DNA of 64,000 bases from an uncultured Chloroflexia bacterium (GTDB taxonomy: Bacteria > Chloroflexota > Anaerolineae > CG2-30-64-16), in assembly GCA_963810095.1 (NCBI GenBank), contig CAWEMM010000007.1, positions 128,001 through 192,000 of the forward strand. The letters are read 5' to 3'. How positions within the stretch are numbered: the stretch's first letter is position 1; each line of letters starts with the position of its first letter. This document shows, in pieces, positions 53,901 to 64,000 of the stretch. The position numbers and the translations under genes were made by a program. A model generated the notes under the pieces. The model ran no database searches. It was not told the origin of the DNA and was given only the letters and a program-made list of their open reading frames with translations.

Positions 53901-56486
53901 GCGCCCTTTTGAGGTGGCCGGGCCCGGCGAGGGGCCGCCCACAGCCCGGCCCGCGCTCCACACTATCGGAACGCTCGAGGATGCCGACCGCATCGCCCGC
54001 CGCGTTCCTCGGGCTGCCCTGCGTCCGGCGCTCGAGCTCTGCAAGCCGACCGGCGTGGTCCTCGAGCAAGGCAGCCGAGTGGTGGTCATGCTGGACGAAG
54101 GGTGTGTGGGCACGGAGCTGGCCCACCGTCTGGCCGAGGCGCGCGTCGAGCCACTGCTGCTGGAGCCCGGCATCGATACTGCGTCCTTAACCGAGCGGCT
54201 GCGCGAGTGGCAGGCACAAGGTTCGATCCAGGGCGTTTACTGGCTGCCCGCGCTCGACGTCGAGCCGTCGCTCGACAGCATGGACCTCTCGGCATGGCGC
54301 GAGCTGAACCGCCGCCGCGTCAAGAACCTCTATGCAGCCATGCGCGCGCTGTACGACGGGGTGGCTCGGCAAGGCACCTTCCTACTGAGCGCAACTCGCC
54401 TGGGCGGCCTGCACGGGTACGGCGAGGACGGGGCAACTGCGCCGCTCGGCGGTGCGGTCACCGGGTTCACAAAGGCCTACACGGCCGAACAGGGGCTGGC
54501 CGCGGCCGGCACCGGTGGAAGCGGTCCGCTGGTCAAGGCGGTCGACGTCGCCGCGGGCGTACCTGATGCCCAGGTGGCGCGCTGGCTCATTGGCGAGACC
54601 CTGGTCGATCCGGGGATCGTCGAGGTCGGCTACCGTGACGGCCTGCGCTTCACAGTCAACCTGGAGGAGGAGCCGGCGCGCGATGGAGGCGCAGGGCTTA
54701 GTGCTCGGTCCCGAGACAGTCGTGCTGGTCACGGGCGCGGCAGGCGGGATCACGAGCGCGATCGTGGCGGATCTCGCCGCGGCAAGCGGCGGAAGCTTCT
54801 ACCTGCTCGACCTCGCGCCGCTGCCTGCGCAGGACGACGAACATGTGCGACTGTTCTGCGCGGGCCGTGAGGCGCTCAAGCAGGCGCTGATCGAGGCTGC
54901 CCGCAGGGCCGGCGGCAAACCAAAGCCTGCCGAAATCGACCGCCAGATCGCGGCCGTGGAGCGCCAGGCGGCCGCGCTGGCGGCGGTGCAAGCCGTCGAG
55001 GCCGCGGGCGGAAAGGCCCACTACCGCAGCCTCGACTTCCGCGATCTCGCCGCGGTGGAGGCCGTCATCGACGAGGTGCGCGCCGCGCACGGCCGCATCG
55101 ACCTGCTGGTCCACGCCGCGGGCCTGTTGATCGATAAAACGCTGCCCGACAAGCAGCCCGAGCAGTTCGACCTGGTTTTCGACGTGAAGGCCGACGGCTT
55201 TTTCAACCTGTTGAAGGCAAGCCAGGCCCTTCCCATCGGCGCGACCGTCGCATTCAGCTCGGTTGCAGGGCGCTTCGGCAATAACGGGCAGGCGGACTAC
55301 TCCGCCGCCAATGACCTGCTCTGCAAACTGACCCACAACCTGTCACACTGGCGGCCGGCAACGCGGGGCATCGCGATCGACTGGACGGCATGGGGCGGCA
55401 TCGGCATGGCGGCCCGCGGCTCGGTGCCGCAAATCATGGAGGCACTCGGCGTCGACATGCTCCCACCCGAGGCAGGCGTGCCAACCGTCCGCCGCGAGCT
55501 GACCTACGGGGCCGCCCGTGGGCGAGGTGCTCATCGCGGGGCGGCTGGGCGCCTGGCTTGAGGAGCGCGATGCCAGCGGCGGCCTGGACCCGAACAGGGT
55601 GGATGCCGCGCTCGGCGCTCAGGCGCGACTGATGGCGGGCCGGCTGGTGGGGACACCCTCCCACGGTGGGGTCGACATCGAGACCACACTCGACCCCCGG
55701 GCACAAGCGTTCCTGTACGACCATGCGCCCGACCCCGACACGCCCTGGCTGCCCGGCGTGATGGCCATCGAGGCGCTGGCCGAGTCGGCGCAGCTGCTCG
55801 CGCCTGACCACCAGGTGGCGGCGGTCGAGGACGTCCGGATGCTTGGGGCCTTCAAGTTCTTCCGCATGGAGCCGCGCACGCTCCATGTCGCGGGAACGGT
55901 GAGGCCGGTGGGCGACGAACTCCATGGGTCCATGGTCCTGCGCTCCGTCACGCAGCCCCTTAGGCCCGAGATGCCGGCGCAGGTGAAGGAGCACTTCGTC
56001 GGAAAGGTCCGGCTCGCCAGGTCGGTCCGCGAGCCCGTTCGCATCTCGCCCGAGGCCGTCGTGCTCCCGGAGTCAGCGCTGACAATCCGGGCGGCCAGCA
56101 TCTATCCGCCCTTCTTTCACGGTCCGGCGTACCGTGTAGTCGACGGGGCCACGGTTGCAGGCGGCCGGGTCGTTGCCCGCATGACCGCGGGCTTACCGCC
56201 CCAGTCAGCGCCGGCCGGTGCGGCAACGCTCATGGCGCCCCGCCTGGTGGAACTTTGCTTCCAGGCCGCCGCGCTCTGGAGTCTGCAGACGGCGGGTGCG
56301 ATGGCCTTCCCTGCAAGCCTCGCCAGCCTGGTCGTCTATCGCCAGGAGCCTCAGGAACCCGCTGACCGGCTCTGGTGCACGCTGGAGACGGGTGACGGAT
56401 CGACTTTTGAGGGCCAGGTGGTGGACGAAGAGGGCAACGTGTACGTGGCGTTGAAGGGGTACCGAACGATCGCCAGGCCGGGCTGA
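47977..56486 (+). CDS. Stand-alone type I PKS/FAS, KS-AT-KS-ACP-ACP-KR-DH (broken by about 8 frameshifts)
   Basis: AAGGAG RBS. KS1 [21 protein letters not shown]; AT GQGSQY/GHSLG/HAFH; KS2 [23 protein letters not shown]; two ACPs [15 protein letters not shown]; KR TGAAGGI/FSSVAG/YSAAN; DH FLYDH....WLPGV. Consecutive overlapping ORFs span 47977-56486. Confidence 0.9.
53255..53870 (+). repeat. Duplicated ACP-coding units (~53255-53490 and ~53630-53870)
   Basis: Near-identical protein ([67 protein letters not shown]); differences are mostly synonymous. Confidence 0.9.
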
Positions 56487-56575
56487 CCGCCTACCGGCGA
56501 CCCGGCCAACCCGCAAAGGGGTGGCGCTAGAGATCGAAAACCGAGGCCACTTCGAGCCCTTCTGGCAGAGTGGCC

Positions 56576-59420
56576 TCAGTTGGGATCCGTATACCGGACC
56601 GAGATGCGCGTGCCTGATTCCGGTGCGCTCTCGATTGACAGGGTTGCGCCCACTCGCTCCGCCCGTTCCCGCATCGAGCGGAGGCCCAGGTGCCCCGGAT
56701 ACGAGCCGTTGGGATCGAACCCTTTCCCGTTGTCGGTCACTTCCAGGTCGGCCCGGCCGTCACCCTGGCTGAGTTTGACCTCCATGCGGGTCGGCTTCGC
56801 GTGTTTGAGCGCGTTATTGATGGCCTCCTGCGCAATGCGGTAGAAGGTCTCCTTAACCGGCAAAGGCAGCTCGGGCTCATCGCACAGCGCCACGTCGAGC
56901 TGGAACTGGCCGCGCTGCTGCAGCGCGGTGGTCTGCAACTCCAGCGCCTTGACCAATCCGTCCGTCTCCAACTGGTCGGGCCGCAGCTCGAAGATCAGGG
57001 CCCGCATCTCGGCCTGGGCCGTCCTCGCCAGCTGGGCGGCGGCCTCGACGCGGACACGCGCAACGTCCGGTTTCTTCTCCCAGTTATTCAGCGCACCATG
57101 CGTCGCCATCACCACGCCAAACAGCGCTTGTGACACAGAGTCGTGCAGATCGCGGGCGAGCCGCTGGCGCTCCTCCAGCACGGCAAACTCCTGGGCCTGT
57201 TGGTAAAGACGGGCATTTTCGATGGCGATTGCCGCCTGGTTCGCGATCGCGGTTGCGAGGCGAGCGTGGTCCGCGGTGAAGCGGCCCGGCTCGTTGTGCG
57301 TAAGCCGCAGGATGCCGATCGGTCGGTTCTTGACCATGATCGGCACGGCCAGATAGGAGCGCGCCTTGCCGGCCAGCCGCCGCTGATCGACTGCCTGGGG
57401 CGCGTGCCACGCCCGAGCGAGGGGTGTGTTCTCATCCAGGTCCGTGATATAGACAGGCTTGCGATCGCGCACGGACTGCCAGAGGCCTGACGTTTTGCGC
57501 AGCGACATGCGGGTGGCCATGGCGTCGGCGCGCGGCAGCGGGCCGACATACTCCTGCACCACCAGGTCGTCGCCCTCGATCAGGTAGATCGTGACCCCAT
57601 CCGAATCGATCACGCCGTGCAGTTCCTGAACGAGCCGCGCCAGGACCTGTGGCAGATCAAGCGTCGAGACGAGCGTCTGGCTGACGGCCAGGAGGCTGGC
57701 GAGTTCGTCACGGGTGTGGCGCAACACCCGCTCGTCCGCAATCCGATCGCTGACGTCGGTGAACGACACGACGGCCGCGATGATCTCGCGATTGCGATCG
57801 TAGATGGGTGCAGAGCTGACGGACATGACGCCCCAGGTGTCGTCGCCGCGCAGGAAGTCTATCTCTTGCCCATGCACCACTTCGCCCTTGGCCAGGGACC
57901 GAGCAAGCGGCCATTCTTCGGGCAGGTAGGGCCGGCCGTCGGCGTGGAAGCCCTGGTACGCCCGGTAGGCCGCGGTTTCGGGCGATGGAATGAACGGGTG
58001 GCGCCAGATTTCCTCCGCCCGACGGTTACTCAGGACCAGCCGGCCGGTGGGCGCCTCGGCCAGGATGACGCCGATGGGCATATTCTCGATGAGCGCGGCG
58101 AGGCGCGCGCGTTCCACGTCCAGCGCATGGCCGATGCTGCTCAGTTCGCTCGCTTGCGCCTGGAGCTCGACTGCCTGCGCCTCGGCCCGGTGGAGCAACT
58201 GCTCGAGCTCGCGCCGGTTTAGCACCTGCTCCGTGACCTCGATGGCCACAAGCATCAGGTCGCGGTCAGCCTCGGGTGCGCCGCGTCACCGAGGCAGCGC
58301 CGTAGTAGAAGGGCAGCACCGAATAGCGCCAGTAGGTCGTGCCGCGGGCAAAGCCTTCGTGGCGATACTCGGTGTCCAGGTGCGGCTCGCCGGTCTCCAC
58401 AATGCGGTGAAACAGGTCGAGGAGACCCTGCTCTTGCGCGCGGGGGACGAATTCATCGAAAGCCAGCCCGGCAATGCCCTCGCTCCGGAACGGCTCGTCC
58501 AGGAACTGCTGGTAGGCGGCGTTTGCATACTTCACGCGGAGGTCGCGGCCCGACAGGACGCAGATGCCCGCCGGGGCAGATGACAGGAGGGCGTCATAGA
58601 ACTCGCGCTGGCGCTGCATCTCGGCGGCCAGGAGCTTGCGCTCCGTGATGTCGTGGAAATAGACGTCGATGACGTTGCCGCGCGGAAATGCGTGCACTTC
58701 GTGCCAGCGCTGCGTGATGGCCGATAGACCCTCGAAATGCACGGGGCGCTCCTCGGCAAAAGCGCGGGCGTAATTGTCATAAAACAACGTCTTCTTCGCG
58801 GCCGGAAACTCCTCCCACATGTCCTTTCCCAGGAGCTCGGCCTGGGACCGGCCGAAGAGTGCAGCGGCGACCGGGTTGATCTCCAGAATCCGCCAGTCGC
58901 GCGACAGCGAAATATAGGCTTCGAGGAGGCTGTTCAGTACGGCAGAGACTCGCCGGCCTGCCTGCTCGGCACGCTCCTGTGCGGCGCGCATCTCCGTCAC
59001 ATCGGAGAAGGTGACGACGACGCCGGTGACCGCCCCTTCGGGACCGCGCATCGGCGCGGCGCTCACTGTCGCCCAGGACGGCCGCCGCGTTTCGGGGTGC
59101 TCGAAGGTGAGGAGCATGCCGCGTACGGTTTCGCCGCGCAGCGCGCGGGGCATCGGCAATTCCGCCGCGTTTTCGACGGTCACGCCGTCGCTCCACTGGA
59201 AGTGCAGGGCCTGAATCCGCCGTTCGAGGTCAGGCTCGTAGTGTTCCGGTGAATAGCCGAGCAGGCGTTGCGCGACCGGGTTCATGCGCAGGATCCGGCC
59301 CTGTGCGTCAAACAGCATCAGGCCGTCGGAGGTCGCACCGAAAATAGCCTCGAGTTCGGCCGTGCGTTTCGCTGCCAAACGCTCGAGCTCGAGTGGCGAG
59401 AGGTCTGCGGTATCAGTCAT
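56576..59420 (-). CDS. Multi-PAS/GAF sensor histidine kinase, HisKA_3 (NarX/DegS-type); frameshift near 58270
   Basis: Several PAS domains and a GAF; 'EERQRLARDLHDSVSQ', 'QEAINNALKHA', 'DNGKGF', 'GLRSMRERA'. Confidence 0.9.
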
Positions 59421-59567
59421 TTTGGACGAGATGTCTCTAGGCTGGCTTGGATTGTGCACATATCATACCACATCGAGATGCACGGAGTCACTTTATGATC
59501 CATGCGAGATAGATCAACGCCAGTCAAAACAAATAGATACGGGGAGGGACGTCGCGCAGGGACATGA

Positions 59568-59613
59568 AAGGCGCCGGGAATGGACTCCAAGGGGAATCCA
59601 CTCCCGGCGCCTT
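59568..59613 (-). terminator. Hairpin downstream of the Kelch surface protein gene
   Basis: aaggcgccggga...tcccggcgcctt stem with a short U-run on the minus strand. Confidence 0.55.
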
Positions 59614-59634
59614 CTGATCACCGGCGTTTCGAGA

Positions 59635-62600
59635 CTAGCGCACGCTCACCGCGGAGGTGGCGCTGCCGCCCAGGCTGCTGCGCACCGTCACGTTCTGCGG
59701 GGCGGCCGGCAGCGGGAACGTGCCGCTGTACGTTGTGCCCTTAAGGGTCAGCGTGCCAATCAGCGCACCGGTTGCCGTGTCATACACCTTCAGAACGGCG
59801 TTGGACCCGGATGAGGTGGCGTCGACCAGCAGCGTGCCCTGCGACGTGCGATACAAGGCCCGCGTGATGCGGACGGTATCGCCGGCCGGCGCGCCGGTCG
59901 CTGTGCGGGTGGGCGATGGTGTCGCAGTCGGTGCGAGCGTCGGCGTGCGCGTCGGCGTGGCTGTGGCGGCAATCTGCGTCGGCGTCGGCGTACGCGTCGG
60001 CGTGAACGTCGGCGTCGCGGTGGCGCTCGCCTGCGTCGGAGTCGGCGTGAACGTCGGCGTCGCAGTGGCGCTTACCTGCGTTGGAGTCGGCGTGAACGTG
60101 GGCGTCGCAGTGGCACTCGCCTGCGTGGGCGTCGGCGTGAACGTGGGTGTTGCGGTTCCCGCCGACCCGAGGCTGAACGCCTCGTTGACGTCGGTGAACG
60201 CGGAACCGCCCGTGGGGCCGCCGCCCGCCACGTACACGACGCCGTTCACGGTTGCGGCCGAGGCGCCATGGCGCGGGGTCAGCATCGGCTGGAGCGTCCG
60301 CCACGTATTGGTGAGCGGGTCGTACTCTTCGTTTTGGCTGAAGGTTCCGCCCGAGGGCGTGCGCTCGCCGCCGATGAGCTGCGCCCGACCGTTGAGGTAG
60401 CCGGTCACCATCGTGCGCCGGCCCGTTGGCATCGGGCGCGCGCGGTCCACGTGTTGGTAGTCGGATCGAACATCTCGGCCGATGCGAGGGTGCCGTTGAC
60501 CTCTGTGCCGTCTGCGTTGCGCGTCCGCCCGCCAAACACGTACATCTTGCCGCCCAGAATTGCCGAACCCGGGTTGTCACGGCGCTCGATCATCGACGGC
60601 GCCGCGCTCCAGCTGTTAGTCGCCGGGTCATACACCTCGACGCTGTTCAGCGACGCGCCGTCGTTGCCCATCCCGCCGGCCACGTAGATCTTGCCGTTGA
60701 GCACTTGGGCCGTCGGGTCCGCCGCGCCCGGTCGCCATCGACGCCAGCATCGTCCACTGGTTCGTGGCCGGATCGTAGACCGCTGCGTTGGCGACTGCGC
60801 CGGTGAAGGCCGCGGTCGACCCGGCGAATACGTAGAGCTTGCCGTTGTACGATGTGACCGCAGGGTTCTCAACCGCCGGGTACGAGGTGGGCAGGTCGGG
60901 TCCCTGGCTCCACACGTTCGTGGCGGGATTGTAGATGTACAGCGTGCGCTGGTGAATGTCGCCCGTGATTTTGCCGGCAACCGAGTAGAGCTTGCCGCCA
61001 AGCTCGGCGCCGCCCGCATCGAGCAGGGAGACCGGCATCTTCTGCTTGACAGTCCAGGCGCCCGGCGCGCTGCTCGTCGGCGAGGGTGTCGGGGTGACGG
61101 TCGGCGTCGACTGTGCGAAGCCGGCCGGGATCAGCGCGGTGACGCGCTGCGCGCCCAGCTCGCCCACGAAGATCGTCCCGTCGGGCGCCTGCGCCAGGGG
61201 CAGCGGATCGCTCAGCCCGCCCGCCAACTGCGTCGCCTGCAAGACGGTCGTGCCGTCGGCCGAGAGCTTGATGCGGGTGATGTCGTCGCCAACCGAGTAG
61301 TTCGCGACGAGGACTTCACCCTTCAGGGTCCCGTCAAACGCGTCGGCCGTGTACTCAATCGTCCCATCGGACGAAGTGTTCATGCCCATCGTGTGAATCG
61401 GGTTGAGATAGTTGGCTGCGGGCGAAACACTCTGGTAGTGGCCGTCCTTGAAGATGCACTCGTTCCGATAGGGATTCGGATGGCCGAACGTCTTCCCCTG
61501 GATCAACCGGTGGAAGAGATCAGGCTGGATGCCCGGGTTGTCGCCGCCCTGGGTCCAACTGGTCGTATCGCCGTAGCCTTCGCACGGCGGCGTCGGGTTG
61601 GGCGGGAAGCTCCCGGTCACGCCCAGGCCATTGTCCGGACCGTAGGCGTTGCCGTTCGAGTGCCAGACGAAGTCGTACATGTTGCGCAGGCCCGAAGAAT
61701 ACACCTGTACGCTGCAAGGCGAAGGGCCGTAAGTGTTCTCAGGCGTCGCGCAGGTCCCGTCGAAGCCGGCTGCCTTCACGTCTGCCACCAGGAACGCGGC
61801 CGACAGCGGCTGTTCGGCGCGCGTGCCGAATTCCGTATTGGCGGTGTTGGGCGCGCCCGCGCCGGTGTTGCCGCCATTGGCGATGTACAGCTTGCCGTCG
61901 GGCCCAAAGTGGACCGCGTTGATCGCATGGTTGGCGATCGCGCGCGGCAGCCCGGTGATCACGTCCTGGCGCGTTGCGAAGTCCGCGCCCGAGAGCCTCG
62001 TCACCGTGCTCGAGTTCAGCTCGCCGTTATCGGTCGACGGGCTGGAATGGGAGACCCACAGGATGACGTTGCTGGGCGTCGATGCGGGATCCACGGTAAT
62101 GCCGAGCGTGAGTCGCGAGCCCAGCGTCGTGATCACCTGGTCGGCCGTGACCTGCTTGGCGCTGTCGAGCGTGAGTGCATGGATCTTGCCGAACATCTCC
62201 GTGACATACAGGCGGTTGTCCGGCCCCCATACCATGGCAGTTGGGTTCGGGATGGGGAAGCTGACGCGGTTGAAGTTGAGGTCCGACGTCGAGCCGGTCG
62301 TAGTTTCGGCGGTCACCGAGAAATCGTCGAATGCGTAGGTCAAGGCGGCCTGGCTGTACCGGTGCGAGGCGAAGACGCCACCGAAGCTGCGGGTGCCAAT
62401 CGCGGGATCGATCCCCGCGGCGTCGAAGCTGAAGAACTCCCCGGGCACGATGAACGTGCCCAGTTGGGTCAGGTCTGCGCCGTTGATGCTGAAGTATGCG
62501 GCGACCGTCCGGTCCGTCGGATTCGCGCGCAGACGCAGGTTGACGCGGGACGTTGCGACCGAAAGCGGCCCGGTCACGAACGAGCCCGTGCGGACGCCGC

Positions 62601-63864
62601 CTGATTCGAAGAGGTATTCGATGCGGGTCGTCGGGCCAGGCTCCGACAGGATTTCCAGCTTCAGGTAGTTGTCCTGGTCGTTGCCGAACCAGAGGCCGCC
62701 CTGCTCGTAGTTGCCCGTGCCGACGGGTGGGTTCACCACCGTGGTCTGGATGAGCGAGATCTGGTCGGGCGCATCCACGCCGACCGCGAGCGCGTTGTCC
62801 TGCGAGTTCGAGGTCCCAAACATCAGACCCTTGGTCGTGGTGACATTCAGCGTGCCCGTGCCGCTGGTGTCCACCCGCAGGTTCGCTGGGATATAGCCCG
62901 TCCCGTTGGTCGGCTGATCGATGTAGGTGAAGCCTGTGCCCACCCCGGCCCCATCGACGATTTTGCCCGCGTCTGTCGCGAAATCCAGCGTGTAGGGCGC
63001 GTGCACCAGGATTTCCGAGCAGGCCAGGGGCGAGCAAGTCGTGGCTGCAGCAACGTCAAGCGTCACGGTCGTCGTCGCTGCCGCGACCCCGTCGCCCGCG
63101 GCGGTCACGGTCGCAGTGTAAGCGCCCGGTTGAAGCCCGGAGGCGTCGACATTCAGCGTTCGTACTGCCGGCGTGCTTCCCTTGCGCCCGTTACCGAGCG
63201 GCTGGGGCGCCTCGAATGTCAGCCACGGGGCGCTGCTCGATAACTGGAAGTTCGCGTCCTTGCCATCGCTTGCGAAAATGCGCAGGGTCTTTTCATCACG
63301 CCCGCCCCGGGTCACATTGAAGTGCAGGCGCTCGGGGCCGAAGAGCAGCGCCCGGGGACCGTTGTGCGCCTGGAACTGCACGCTCTCCACTGCCGTCGAA
63401 CCATCGTTCAGGTCGATGGCGGCAATAAGTGTGTGCGGGCCGTTCGCCAGGGCGGCCGTGTCGAAGCCGCGGGGCTGCGCGCTCGCGTCCAGCCCGCCCA
63501 GGTCAAACGGCGGCTTATCCGCGACCGCGTCCGGCGTGAGCGCGGCAAGCGTGCCTTCCAGCGAGTCTTGTGCCGGGTCAATAAAATATCGCACGCGTGC
63601 GACCCCGGCGGGCGGGGTGACGAAGATGTAGGCCCTGCCCGAGAGGACGGCGACCTCGTCGAGTGCGACATGCCCGCCCCGGTTGGCCGAGCGGCTGATG
63701 TGGAGGCGGTAGTCGGCATGGCCGGCCTGAGCAGCCGCTGCCGCGGGCTTGGATGCTGCGCTTGGTGCGGCCGCACCCGAACTCGCCGCGGGGAACGCCA
63801 CCGCTGCGATTAGCAGGAGCGCAAGCAGCGCGAGGTAAGGACGAAGTTTGCTCGTTCGAGCCAT
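59635..63864 (-). CDS. Large secreted multidomain protein: BACON-like, ConA-like, glucose/sorbosone-dehydrogenase propeller, Kelch repeats, PT linker (frameshifts near 60720 and 60440)
   Basis: Signal peptide; 'APWL' BACON-like; 'WGPDNRLYV', 'FGPDGKLY', 'GLRNMYD' GSDH-like; Kelch 'GKLYVFAG..YDPATNQW'; C-terminal beta-domain. Confidence 0.82.
59990..60160 (-). repeat. 45-bp coding tandem repeat (ATATPTFTPTPTQAS, about 3.5 copies)
   Basis: Seen in the translation of ORF 59635..60450. Confidence 0.8.
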
Positions 63865-64000
63865 GTGAACCCCTTTGCTACGGGAATTGAGTCTGCGTGG
63901 CAACAACTACTGAAAGCCTGCCTGGCGCGCTATATTATGATTGCTATGTCTGTCTCGGTCATCGCCCCAATGACGCACGTTGGTGTAAGGCTTTTGTCTG

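Noticed and set aside
47977-56486. Canonical pfa (PUFA) or hgl (heterocyst glycolipid) cluster
   Set aside because: No pfaB/C/D/E or hglB-type partners nearby; the internal second KS and Thr-ACPs do not fit those systems

Overview
A 64-kb, high-GC (roughly two-thirds G+C by eye) bacterial chromosomal segment with about 40 genes. It is most consistent with a Chloroflexota (Anaerolineae/Caldilineae-like) genome; this is inferred from Pro/Thr-rich linker proteins, a 'YLPVV' secreted-protein motif, a DUF4230 protein and a short-tailed DnaE2. Most genes are housekeeping or metabolic: PfkB kinases, Fe-ADH, MFS, DnaE2, HyuA/HyuB, a tyrosine phenol-lyase-like enzyme, RarD, SlyD, two PepF peptidases, a heterodimeric ABC exporter, MltG, a PBP, Fba, PfkA, Xth, NUDIX, a sensor kinase and large secreted proteins. 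More than 20 scattered single-base frameshifts look like long-read assembly indels rather than gene decay. The standout locus is an ~8.5-kb stand-alone type I PKS/FAS (47977-56486) with the unusual order KS-AT-KS-ACP-ACP-KR-DH. Both KS domains keep a Cys-His-His triad, and both ACPs carry Thr (GIDT) instead of the phosphopantetheine-accepting Ser. Non-coding highlights: two inverted copies of a ~270-320 bp nested-palindromic element with a conserved core, three families of REP-like palindromes (some apparently embedded in coding linkers), a 15-bp tandem array, recurrent ECF-type promoter motifs and several apparently leaderless genes. No rRNA, tRNA, CRISPR array or transposase was recognised.
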